Shown: positions 1 through 8,776, counted from the stretch's first letter. The stretch is 42,679 bases of DNA from a bacterium (GCA_023249935.1 JAHFBQ010000002.1:1-42679), one strand, 5' to 3'. Notes: a model not told the origin generated them from the sequence alone. Numbers and translations: made by a program.

Positions 1-57
1 TGGTAATATTGAAGATTGTGAATCGTGTCAATAATTTTTTAGAAAAGGATCAAGGAA

Positions 58-1083
58 ATGCAAGCAGCAACAGTGTATAAACGTAAGGGCTCTATTCTTA
101 ATGACAATACAACAGACCCTAATAAAATATTGCCAATGCGTTACATGTGGGCGCGCGAGCACTACAAAAGTGGTGTTGCAAACACGTGGTCACCAGAAGA
201 AATCTCAATGCAAAAAGATATTGAGCAATGGAAATCGCCAGATGCTTTGAGTGAAACAGAGCGTCGCTTGGTTCTCTGGAATCTTGGTTTTTTCTCTACG
301 GCGGAATCGTTGACTGCAAATAATATCGTGCTTGCTGTCTATCGGTATGTAACAAATCCCGAGTGTCGCCAATACATGCTGCGCCAAGCATTTGAAGAGG
401 CTATTCATACAGACACATTTATTTATTGTTGTGATTCATTGGGGCTTGATCCAGACGATATTTACAACATGTATCAGAGTGTTCCTTCGATCAGAGCTAA
501 GGATGAATTTGTTATTAATATGACACTCTCAATTCTTGATCCAGCATTTAAAACAGACAGCAAAGAAAATATTCAAAAATTCATTATGGATGTCGTAGCA
601 TTTTACGTTATTATGGAAGGCATTTTCTTCTATGCCGGATTTGCGATGATGCTTGCTCTTAAGCGTCAACAAAAAATGACCGGTGTTGGTGAGCAGTTTG
701 AATATATCATGCGTGATGAAAGCCTTCATTTGGCTTATGGCTGTGATTTGATTAACACGGTCAAGGCTGAAAATCCAGAAGTGTGGGATAAGGCGTTTCA
801 GGAGGAGGTAACTGAGAAAATTCGTCAGGCTGTTATACTTGAGCGCAACTATGCGGTTGATGCTTGCCCGCAGGGTGTATTGGGTATCAACGCAGAACAA
901 TTCTGTAATTATGTTGAGTATATGGCTGATAGGCGTCTTGAGCGTCTAGGGTTGCCAAAATTGTATAACAAAGAAAACCCATTCCCATGGATGGCCCAGT
1001 CAACTGATCTGGCCAAAGAAAAGAATTTCTTTGAGACGCGAGTGACTGAATATCAAACAGCTGCGTCACTTACCTGGGATTAA
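58..1083 (+). CDS. nrdB: Ribonucleotide reductase class I small (beta/R2) subunit, class Ic-like
   Basis: 341-aa ORF with ferritin-like R2 metal-ligand motifs (FSTAES, FEEAIHTDTF, IMEGIFF, RDESLH). SD-like AAAGGA lies about 8 nt upstream of the ATG. Confidence 0.9.
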   Translation: MQAATVYKRKGSILNDNTTDPNKILPMRYMWAREHYKSGVANTWSPEEISMQKDIEQWKSPDALSETERRLVLWNLGFFSTAESLTANNIVLAVYRYVTNPECRQYMLRQAFEEAIHTDTFIYCCDSLGLDPDDIYNMYQSVPSIRAKDEFVINMTLSILDPAFKTDSKENIQKFIMDVVAFYVIMEGIFFYAGFAMMLALKRQQKMTGVGEQFEYIMRDESLHLAYGCDLINTVKAENPEVWDKAFQEEVTEKIRQAVILERNYAVDACPQGVLGINAEQFCNYVEYMADRRLERLGLPKLYNKENPFPWMAQSTDLAKEKNFFETRVTEYQTAASLTWD

Positions 1084-1088
1084 ATCTT

Positions 1089-1124
1089 TAAAAAGCGCCC
1101 CGTATTATGAGGGCGCTTTTTTTT
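1089..1124. terminator. Bidirectional rho-independent terminator between convergent nrdB and the eamA-like gene
   Basis: Stem AGCGCCC (1094-1100) pairs with GGGCGCT (1111-1117), with a 10-nt loop. An A-run lies upstream and a T8 run downstream. Confidence 0.6.
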
Positions 1125-2007
1125 ACTTCTGAAAGCGTTTATTATTGCTCAGCAGCGTGATTAAAGCACCAGTAAGAATAACAATGGCGCCAAACATCTG
1201 GCGAGTACTTACGGTCTCTCCAAGTAAAATAATTCCAAAAAATAAAACGAATACTGGTTCTAAGACCGAGAGCATTGAGGCTTTTTCTGAGCTAATGCTT
1301 TTGAGTGCTTCTAGTAAAAATAAAATTGGTATTGCTGTGCATATAACGCCAAGGCTTATAATATTGGCCCACACATTTAATGATGTGGGAACTGTTAGCG
1401 TGCTGCCAGTTAGAGCACAAATGAAGCAGGTGAGTGCGGTACCTGCTGATACCATGAGTGTTGAAGTAAGAGGTGGGAGCTGTGTTTTTTTGCTACAGAT
1501 AATGTACAAGGCGTAGATGATTGCCGAAACAATTCCTAAGCCAATGCCGATGAGATCAAGCTTAAGATCTCCCAAATCAACCAGCAAGGCGAGGCCGGCA
1601 AGTATCACGGTGATTGCAATAAAATACAGGGGTGTTGGTCTATTTTTATGTATAAGCCAATTAATCAACATGACAATAGCTGGAAAGGTAAAGAATATAA
1701 CCATGGCTAAGCCGGTACCGATGTATTTGCTTGAGAAAAAATAAACTGCAGATCCTGTACCATGCAAAAGCGCGCCACAGAAGAACATCTTAATCATATC
1801 TATGTGAGATCCACGTTCAGATCTTGTTTGTACGATCATGATGACTATGATGAGAAGGCTTGCTACGAAAAATCGCCAGAAAAGCATGTTAAAAACAGAG
1901 AGTCCAGCATCCATGATCTTAATACCAAAATAGCCAAGTAAGCCATAGGTAAAGCCAGACATCAACGCATATAAAGAACCTTTTTGTTCTTGATTTAATA
2001 AATTCAT
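1123..2007 (-). CDS. EamA/DMT-family transporter (10-TM permease)
   Basis: Highly hydrophobic ORF with two EamA-like halves. Start chosen at the internal ATG (2007), which is preceded by GAGGAG. The ORF track's longer start at 2040 would overlap the upstream gene. Confidence 0.75.
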   Translation of the reverse strand: MNLLNQEQKGSLYALMSGFTYGLLGYFGIKIMDAGLSVFNMLFWRFFVASLLIIVIMIVQTRSERGSHIDMIKMFFCGALLHGTGSAVYFFSSKYIGTGLAMVIFFTFPAIVMLINWLIHKNRPTPLYFIAITVILAGLALLVDLGDLKLDLIGIGLGIVSAIIYALYIICSKKTQLPPLTSTLMVSAGTALTCFICALTGSTLTVPTSLNVWANIISLGVICTAIPILFLLEALKSISSEKASMLSVLEPVFVLFFGIILLGETVSTRQMFGAIVILTGALITLLSNNKRFQK

Positions 2008-2023
2008 AGCATGCTCCTCAATA

Positions 2024-4954
2024 TTAAAATGCTTCACCAAGTGTAAGATACCATGCGTAATTGCTATCGTTTACAAATCGCTTCTTCCATTTCCATCCAA
2101 GATCAAAACGCAGAGGGCCGACAGGCGTTTTTAGGCGCAGTCCAAAGCCGGTGGCAGGATACCAACTCTTAGTGAGCCCTATGGTTCCAGCCTGACCGAG
2201 CGCGCCGATATCTTGAAATACAACACCTTGAAGGCGTTTTGAAATTATTGGAAAGCGAACCTCAAGATTTGCATTGAACATGGAGCTGCCACCTTGGATA
2301 GAATATTCCGTTGTAGTTATCTCTTCGCCATTGACCGTTATTGTTTTTGTAGAGGTACCAATGGGTGGGAGCGAATCTTTTTCATAGCCACGTACCGAGT
2401 TTGGTCCTCCGAGAAAGAATCTCTCAATGGGCATAATAGTTTCAAATAGACGTCTAAAAATATGACCAAAGCGAACGTGACCAGCAATAATGATATCTTC
2501 ATAGAGGGGATAGAAGGCAGACTGTTCCAGCGCAATGCGCACAGAATAATCGGCAATACTTGTTGGGAGCATGAGTTTGCAAGCAACAAGGCTGAAGGTA
2601 CCACGGGTTGTATTAATTTTATCATCAAGCTGGTCGATAATTATATTTGGTTCAATAAAAACATAGCGCATGTAACGATTAAGTAGTGTTGGGTCAAATC
2701 GGATATTGCCAGTAACATTGCTTGTCTTTATCCATTCATTACCAAGATTGAGACCAAAAAAGAAGTGGTCTTTGTATTCTTCGTTGAGTGCGACAATTCC
2801 ACCAACCTGATCTGCCTGAAATGCTGAAGGACTGGAGGCTATGCGTAGTGGGTGCGTAAATTCGTTGGCATATAATTTTATTTTACCCAGTAATGGAATA
2901 TTGAAGAGTGATGGTTGTTGGTATTCTAAGTTGAACTTGCGTTCAAATTTGCTTAAATCAGTATCAAACGTGATCTTGTCTGCTCGATTGGTAGGATTTT
3001 TTACTATTGCAGAAGCACCAACCTTAGCGATAATTTCTTCAGTGAACTTTATTGAATTAAGCATAGCGGTCTTGCTTTTGAATAAGGAGCTATCGCTTGG
3101 TACGTAGACGCCAGCACGTAAACGTACCTCGAATGGATCATCATCAGCTATAGTAATAATAACAGGCTTCTGGCGCTTAGTGTTTCCTTGGTGGGGTTGT
3201 ACTTGAACGCGTTTAAAGACATCTAAGCGCTTTAATTTTTTACGAGTCAGATCAATTTTCTCTTTATTCCATACATCGCCTTCTTGGAATTTTATTTCAT
3301 TTTTTATTCGGTCGAATGGCAATTTTGTATTGCCGCGAATGGTGACTTTACCAAAGGTAATTTGTGTTCCTGGTTCAATATTCCAAGAAACAAATACCTT
3401 TTTTACCGCTTTGTTTGCGTATTCGGCACTCGCGAGTGGTTCTTCTTGTAGCTCGAAGTTAACATTGGCATGCCAATAACCATCTTCTTGAAAGGTGGCA
3501 ATGAGTAGGTTCTTTTGTTCACTCAACCAGGATTGATTAAATGGAATGTGTTGATGGTTATTGCGTAAATGGAATTTTTTAAATCCAGGGAGTGATTCTA
3601 ATGTCTGATGGCCTTTTACCTCAAAACCGCCCCATAGCCGCTGAATTCCTTTGTTGATGAAGATCGTGACAATAAGTTTTCCTGAAAGTTCATTGATGTG
3701 ATTTTGTTGATCAACAATAGTAAAGTCCCAATAACCATTCTTCTCATAGAGACGCTTGAATTCATGCAATTTTTGATCAAATAAGCTTTGGTCAAAAAAA
3801 TCTTTTTCAATGAGTTCTCGCCAAAAATATGAGCTGTCTTCTTGGGCTAAGGTATTCGCGTGTTTAACTTCAATGGATTCTAGTTTTGCAGGGGTTCCTT
3901 CGTGGATGGTGAATGTATTAACATCATTCTCTTTTTCATGAGTAACTGTTGTTCCAATAAAACCTCGGCGTTCATATTCATGAATTATTTGTTCGCAAAT
4001 AATATCTGGAGAGAAGAGCCAGTTTGGCTGATCATCGCCAAGAATTTTTTCTTTAATGATGGTGCTAGAAAGAACTTTATTACCAATAAGGTAAATAATC
4101 TTTCTACTGCCGGGCTCTATAATAAATGCGATGTTAACCAATTTATGATCGGAACAGCGACTTTTTTTCATGGTAATACGCGGTTGCTCGAAGCCTTCAG
4201 CTACGAGCTTTGCTTTGAGAGAGAGCGCAATCTTTTTCAAATATTCTTTATCGTAAGCATGTTTGGAAAAAAAATCCTTAAATTCATGCTGTGTTTTGTT
4301 AATAACACTATTTACTGCCTCTGCATGCACAGGATCTGTTTGGTGCGTGATATTGATCGAATTAATGTAATAGCGCTTGCCATGGGTGATGCGAAGACGA
4401 ACTAAAATTGTTTTGTTGATTGCATTGTAATTAAGCTCATCATCAATGAGGCCATCAAAATATCCTTGATCATTTAGAAATCTCTGAATATTTTGCATAG
4501 ATTCGTCATGAAGATTACCATCAAAGACATCGCCAGGTTGTTGCAAATATTGGGCACCATATTCATATTTACCAAATAAAAAACCTGTAACTTTGACTTT
4601 GCTCAAAAGCCATTGTCCTTCAAGTCTAAACTCAAGGTGTTTACCCTGGTTACCATCAAGCAGATTGATGCTGATATTATTGAAACGCTGCGTACGCATC
4701 AGATTGCGATATGCGCGTTGGACATCGGATTTGTTAACGAAGGTGTTTGGTTCAAGGCTTACAAGATAATCAAATTCTGTTTTTGAGAAGGGAATGTCGG
4801 CGGTGAAACTTATTTTTTCTAAATAAAAAGAAGTATTTTCTATCTCACTTAATGTTTTGGTAGAAACATCAAACGATCCCCCAAGTGTTGCTGAGAGTTG
4901 TAAGGCGATTGAAAAAATGCCAAGAACTATAACGCTATAGTAAAAAAATTTCAT
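2024..4954 (-). CDS. Omp85-family outer-membrane protein, BamA/TamA-like paralog with a long POTRA region (976 aa)
   Basis: N-terminal signal peptide and a repeated POTRA-like region of about 600 aa. C-terminal barrel carries the L6 motif GGPNSVRGY and a terminal aromatic residue (..LGEAF). Confidence 0.8.
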   Translation of the reverse strand: MKFFYYSVIVLGIFSIALQLSATLGGSFDVSTKTLSEIENTSFYLEKISFTADIPFSKTEFDYLVSLEPNTFVNKSDVQRAYRNLMRTQRFNNISINLLDGNQGKHLEFRLEGQWLLSKVKVTGFLFGKYEYGAQYLQQPGDVFDGNLHDESMQNIQRFLNDQGYFDGLIDDELNYNAINKTILVRLRITHGKRYYINSINITHQTDPVHAEAVNSVINKTQHEFKDFFSKHAYDKEYLKKIALSLKAKLVAEGFEQPRITMKKSRCSDHKLVNIAFIIEPGSRKIIYLIGNKVLSSTIIKEKILGDDQPNWLFSPDIICEQIIHEYERRGFIGTTVTHEKENDVNTFTIHEGTPAKLESIEVKHANTLAQEDSSYFWRELIEKDFFDQSLFDQKLHEFKRLYEKNGYWDFTIVDQQNHINELSGKLIVTIFINKGIQRLWGGFEVKGHQTLESLPGFKKFHLRNNHQHIPFNQSWLSEQKNLLIATFQEDGYWHANVNFELQEEPLASAEYANKAVKKVFVSWNIEPGTQITFGKVTIRGNTKLPFDRIKNEIKFQEGDVWNKEKIDLTRKKLKRLDVFKRVQVQPHQGNTKRQKPVIITIADDDPFEVRLRAGVYVPSDSSLFKSKTAMLNSIKFTEEIIAKVGASAIVKNPTNRADKITFDTDLSKFERKFNLEYQQPSLFNIPLLGKIKLYANEFTHPLRIASSPSAFQADQVGGIVALNEEYKDHFFFGLNLGNEWIKTSNVTGNIRFDPTLLNRYMRYVFIEPNIIIDQLDDKINTTRGTFSLVACKLMLPTSIADYSVRIALEQSAFYPLYEDIIIAGHVRFGHIFRRLFETIMPIERFFLGGPNSVRGYEKDSLPPIGTSTKTITVNGEEITTTEYSIQGGSSMFNANLEVRFPIISKRLQGVVFQDIGALGQAGTIGLTKSWYPATGFGLRLKTPVGPLRFDLGWKWKKRFVNDSNYAWYLTLGEAF

Positions 4955-5070
4955 AAAAAAGATTCCCCGGAATTAATGGCAAGCCCCCACAGCCTACTAT
5001 TTTTCCTAAGATTTGACAGGCTTTTTGTTTTTTAGCAGCATCTAGCCGGGGTTACAATGTTTTGTGGCAC

Positions 5071-5349
5071 TTAGCCGATTACGCGAAAGACTCCGCGAAA
5101 ATTTTTTTCGTTGATGAATGGTTCGATAACAACGTCACGAATTTTGATGTCAGATGTGCCTTTGTAGATATGATCAATTAATTCATCTAGATTGTCTGAT
5201 TGACCACATGCAAAAATAAGAATATCGTCACCCTCATGATTTTGAAGTGTACCTTCAATATGAAGCTTTTGGGCTTGCTTTTGAATGACTTCTTTATATG
5301 ACAATGATTGTACTTGCCCGGTAATGATTATTTTGATGCATTGCTTCAT
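5071..5349 (-). CDS. Acylphosphatase-like domain protein (divergent phosphate-binding loop)
   Basis: About 92 aa. ITGQVQSLSYK resembles the acylphosphatase signature V-x-G-x-VQGVxFR, and EGTLQNHEGDDI resembles signature 2. Start set at the ATG (5349) preceded by AAAGGAG. Confidence 0.55.
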   Translation of the reverse strand: MKQCIKIIITGQVQSLSYKEVIQKQAQKLHIEGTLQNHEGDDILIFACGQSDNLDELIDHIYKGTSDIKIRDVVIEPFINEKNFRGVFRVIG

Positions 5350-5468
5350 ACGATCTCCTTTTATCATCCTTATGCAGTTTTCGTGGTGCTTCGTTACGTT
5401 GACGTAATCCTACCAAAAGAAATTTTTAAAAGTCAAAAACACGTATGAAAAGCATTGATTATGTTGAT

Positions 5469-6608
5469 CTAGCGCGCAAACTCAAGTTTGGTGTAAAGGC
5501 TTTCGTGCTGAGTAACCATTGATCTGGCCGAGAAAGATGACAGATCTTGTACATGATTTTGTAGGCGATTGAGAAGTTGTGGATCTTCTATAAGGTTTTG
5601 TAGGTGCTGTGCAAGCGCAAATTTATCTCCTGCTGTAACAAGATAGCCGTTGAGATTATTTTGTACTACTTCTCCGATGCCGCCGACATCATAAGCAACA
5701 ACAGCAAGTCTTGCTAGGCGTGCTTCAATGACAGAGCATGGAAGCCCTTCCCAGAGGGAGCTTAGAGTGAAAATATCCCAACTATGTAAAAACTTTTGCA
5801 CGTTGCTTTGCCAGCCGTGAAGTGTGATTACATTTTGTAGATTATGGTCTTTGATCCACCATTCAATTGCTGTTCGTTGAGTACCGTCGCCAACAATTTC
5901 AAGTGTTGTTTGTGGGTGTGCACGATGAACGACCGCAAATGCTTCGAGTAAATCGAATAAATTTTTCTGTGGTTTGAAACAAGAAATAGCGCCAATCGTA
6001 ATCTTTGTTCGAGAAGGAGAAAGCTTGCGAGCAGGTTCTATGAAATGATTATCATCAACCGCGGCACGTATAATGAGGCTTTTTTTTGCAAAGCCAAGGA
6101 GTAATTTGCTACCGAGCACTTGGTCTTTGTGGGAGACGCAAATAATTTGTGTTGTAATCAGTGTTGTGACCCATTCAAGAGCGACGAATAAGACCCATTC
6201 TGGCCAAGATTGAAAATCATGAAAGCCAAAGCCATGGATAGTGTGTACGCGATGTTTAATGCCAGCAAGCAATGCTGCCCAGCGGCCTAGAATTCCGGCC
6301 TTTGTGCTATGAGTGTGTACAATGATATTGGGAAATTGTGCCTTATAGCGATGCATAAGGCGTATGAGTCCGAAGAATGTTTTAAGTTCCTGTGCAATAC
6401 CACGTATCGATAGCTCGCGCTTGAATGAATCAAGTAATATGCAGCCAGGTGTTTTTTTTGCTTCCTCAACCAAAACTCCTTCGGTACCAGAAATGAGCAT
6501 GGCATTGTGATTATCGTGTACGAGGCCTTGGTGAAGTGTTAAACAAACTTTCTGTGCGCCACCGAGTTCAAGCTTGGTCAAGATATACAAGACATTAAGC
6601 TGTTTCAT
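5469..6608 (-). CDS. GT4-family (GT-B fold) glycosyltransferase
   Basis: N-terminal LGGAQK motif. C-terminal EGLPCSVIEA...AYDVGGIGEVV is typical of GT4 enzymes. Confidence 0.85.
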   Translation of the reverse strand: MKQLNVLYILTKLELGGAQKVCLTLHQGLVHDNHNAMLISGTEGVLVEEAKKTPGCILLDSFKRELSIRGIAQELKTFFGLIRLMHRYKAQFPNIIVHTHSTKAGILGRWAALLAGIKHRVHTIHGFGFHDFQSWPEWVLFVALEWVTTLITTQIICVSHKDQVLGSKLLLGFAKKSLIIRAAVDDNHFIEPARKLSPSRTKITIGAISCFKPQKNLFDLLEAFAVVHRAHPQTTLEIVGDGTQRTAIEWWIKDHNLQNVITLHGWQSNVQKFLHSWDIFTLSSLWEGLPCSVIEARLARLAVVAYDVGGIGEVVQNNLNGYLVTAGDKFALAQHLQNLIEDPQLLNRLQNHVQDLSSFSARSMVTQHESLYTKLEFAR

Positions 6609-6648
6609 ACAACCTCTAATCTCAGATGTGTCGAGAAGTTCGGCTACC

Positions 6649-7599
6649 TTAAACCTTTGTGATTAACATGAGTGTAATGATCATTGCATAAATAATTGCT
6701 GACTCAATGAAAGCAACGACGAGCAAGGTAGTGCGGAGCAAAATTGAGTATAAGTCAGGATTTTGAGCGATTCCCTCTACGCTCTTTGAGGCGGTAAATC
6801 CTATACCAGTCGCCGTGCCCAGCGCGCCTAAGCCAATGGTTAAAGCTGCGGTAATTAGGATTAATGCATCACTGATAAGTGCGCCATCAAGTGGCCTGAA
6901 TAATATGATTATACCGATAAGTAAGCAAAAAATGAGAGGTGTCTCAATAATTGCTTCAAGGAGGAGCATAAATGGAAATATTTTGTTATAGGCTTCTTTG
7001 TTTGTTCCAATGCCCTTGCATGCTGCCTGTGTGAAAATTGCTTGTCCAATGGAGGGCCCGATACTGCCAAGACCAACGGCAAGGCCTGCTGCAAGTCCTT
7101 GTAGGCCGAATAATAATTCAGGGTTTGCATTTATGCGTGTTCGAATAAGCAGTGACACGATAAACGCGATAATGACTGGTGCTTCCATGATCGATTGCGC
7201 AAGTAGCATAACTGTTGTAACTTTTTGGGAAAAAAAAGGTTGGCGGCTAATGCTTTCTGCTGCGGCTCTAACAACAAAGCTTGAGGCGATACTGACCGCT
7301 CCTCCTGCAAAGCCGATTGCGGCAGCGATACCTAGTTCACCAACGGCAATGCCGATAGTAAGTGGCTGGGTGCTGAAAATAATCATAAGGGCTGTTACAA
7401 GTGCAATGATAATGCCGCTTTCAATTAGCGCAAGGCCAATGATAAGGGCACGAAAATTTGCTTGATAGCTGCATGGTTGTCGCTGGATTGCGGCGATGGT
7501 GGCAATACTTGCTATACCTTGTCCGATGCCGCCGCCGAGAACAGCAATTGCCAGTGTTAGAAAGGCTGCGCTGTAGTGAATGATTTGAGCTATGAGCAT
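6649..7599 (-). CDS. atpE: ATP synthase Fo c-subunit-like protein with four fused c hairpins (8 TM)
   Basis: 316 aa containing four tandem units. Each unit has a Gly-rich helix 1 (GGGIGQGIAS, GFAGGAVSIAS, GLGSIGPSIGQA, GLGALGTATGIG), a polar loop (RQP, RQP, TNK, QNP) and a helix-2 Glu (LIESG, IMEAP, IIETP, FIESA). It lies directly downstream of the a subunit. Confidence 0.75.
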   Translation of the reverse strand: MLIAQIIHYSAAFLTLAIAVLGGGIGQGIASIATIAAIQRQPCSYQANFRALIIGLALIESGIIIALVTALMIIFSTQPLTIGIAVGELGIAAAIGFAGGAVSIASSFVVRAAAESISRQPFFSQKVTTVMLLAQSIMEAPVIIAFIVSLLIRTRINANPELLFGLQGLAAGLAVGLGSIGPSIGQAIFTQAACKGIGTNKEAYNKIFPFMLLLEAIIETPLIFCLLIGIIILFRPLDGALISDALILITAALTIGLGALGTATGIGFTASKSVEGIAQNPDLYSILLRTTLLVVAFIESAIIYAMIITLMLITKV

Positions 7600-7610
7600 A
7601 CAAAGACCTT

Positions 7611-8444
7611 TCAGTGTGGTTGTGTGTCTTCTTGGTGAGCTATGCCCATAGAAAGATAGGTAAGTGTGAGCATCATAACAACGAATGATTGAATAAGTCC
7701 TTCAAAAACCCCAAAAAAGAGTTGTGCCCAAGTGAGAAAGAATATGAGAACAGATATGCCGCTTAGAATAGAGGCAAGAATGCCTTCTCTTGGGAGTAGG
7801 TTAACATGAGCGAGGAGTGTGTGTAGTGCAAAATAGATGACAGCTAGGACGAGAAAATAATTGGCATACCCCTGTACAAAGTTGACCATCATCATAAACA
7901 CAACGCCACCGCCGAGAATGTTGCCAAATAATCGAAAAGACATTGAAGCAATTTTGGCGAGTTCTCCAACAATATTGATTGGAGCCAAAAGAAAAAAAGG
8001 CTGTAAGTATTCTTTAGAATATCCCAAGATGCCATGTGCTCGAATTTTTTGATATTGAACATAACAAAAACTTGAAAGACCTATTGCCAGCGTTGTATTG
8101 AGGTCTCTTGTTGCTTCATCTAAAAATGGGAACAGGCCAATAATGCAACAAAAAAGGGTGAATAGGAATAGCGATGAAACAAAAGCAAAATAGCGGAATT
8201 CAAAAAAACCGAAAGCGTCTTTAGTTGTATTCATAAGAAAACGAACAACGACTTCAAAAAGAATTGAAATTCTGTTGGGTCCTCTCTTGAGTGCCCAGCG
8301 TCCAATGCACACCAGTGAAAAAAAAAGTATCATCGCGGCCCAAGTGTCTCTTAGGGTGTCGAGATTAATCGTCCAAAAAAAGTGCGTAAATCCAAGATTT
8401 TCTAGTGGGCGGATTTGGTAGTAATCAAAAATAGAGACGCTCAT
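7611..8444 (-). CDS. atpB: ATP synthase Fo a subunit
   Basis: Polytopic membrane protein with the conserved SFRLFGNILGG stator-arginine motif. Start set at the ATG (8444), which overlaps the upstream stop as ATGA and is preceded by AAGAGGA. Confidence 0.85.
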   Translation of the reverse strand: MSVSIFDYYQIRPLENLGFTHFFWTINLDTLRDTWAAMILFFSLVCIGRWALKRGPNRISILFEVVVRFLMNTTKDAFGFFEFRYFAFVSSLFLFTLFCCIIGLFPFLDEATRDLNTTLAIGLSSFCYVQYQKIRAHGILGYSKEYLQPFFLLAPINIVGELAKIASMSFRLFGNILGGGVVFMMMVNFVQGYANYFLVLAVIYFALHTLLAHVNLLPREGILASILSGISVLIFFLTWAQLFFGVFEGLIQSFVVMMLTLTYLSMGIAHQEDTQPH

Positions 8445-8737
8445 AACATCCTCTTTGTATGGACAAACAGGCTCAGTAGGAAGCCGGCTACTATGAAGAT
8501 AGAGCATGTCTGTAAGTCGATCCGTCCTGTGGAGTGCAGTGCAAAAATAATGCCAATAATGATCAGAAAACGCATAACGAGAAAGAATATATGTTGTCCT
8601 ATGGCAGATAGCTTACCTGGATTTTGGCCCATAGAAAAGCCTTTAATGAGGGACTTTGTTTGCTTTTTGAAAAGCAGGGCATACAAGAATCCAATGGCTA
8701 TTCCGCATATGGCTGAGATAATTAATTGGCTAGGCAT
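8441..8737 (-). CDS. Small 3-TM membrane protein, AtpI/AtpR-like
   Basis: 98 aa with three hydrophobic helices and an Arg inside the second (FLVMRFLIIIG). Translationally coupled to the a-subunit gene by a 4-nt overlap. Its position matches atpI or N-ATPase atpR. Confidence 0.5.
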   Translation of the reverse strand: MPSQLIISAICGIAIGFLYALLFKKQTKSLIKGFSMGQNPGKLSAIGQHIFFLVMRFLIIIGIIFALHSTGRIDLQTCSIFIVAGFLLSLFVHTKRML

Positions 8738-8776
8738 AGACTCACTTTTCGCTATTTCGAAAATAAAGCATCATTC

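Noticed and set aside
1-57. NrdR box upstream of nrdB
   Set aside because: The 57 nt available upstream contain no ACACWATATATWGTGT-like palindrome. The gene is probably preceded by nrdA outside the window.
6998-7465. 155-aa plus-strand ORF inside the c4 gene, plus similar antisense ORFs such as 3902-4405, 11043-11432, 25614-26135, 31512-32066 and 38120-38459
   Set aside because: All are shadow ORFs antisense to genes with strong family motifs. They have Ala/Pro/Ser/Arg-rich or low-complexity translations typical of the reverse strand of membrane or GC-skewed genes.
6649-7599. Possibility that the c4 ORF is four tandem c genes mis-joined, or an assembly collapse
   Set aside because: The four hairpins differ extensively in sequence, including loops RQP/RQP/TNK/QNP and Glu contexts ESG/EAP/ETP/ESA. 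The frame is continuous, with no in-frame stops or plausible internal SD-ATG pairs. Read-level confirmation is still advisable.
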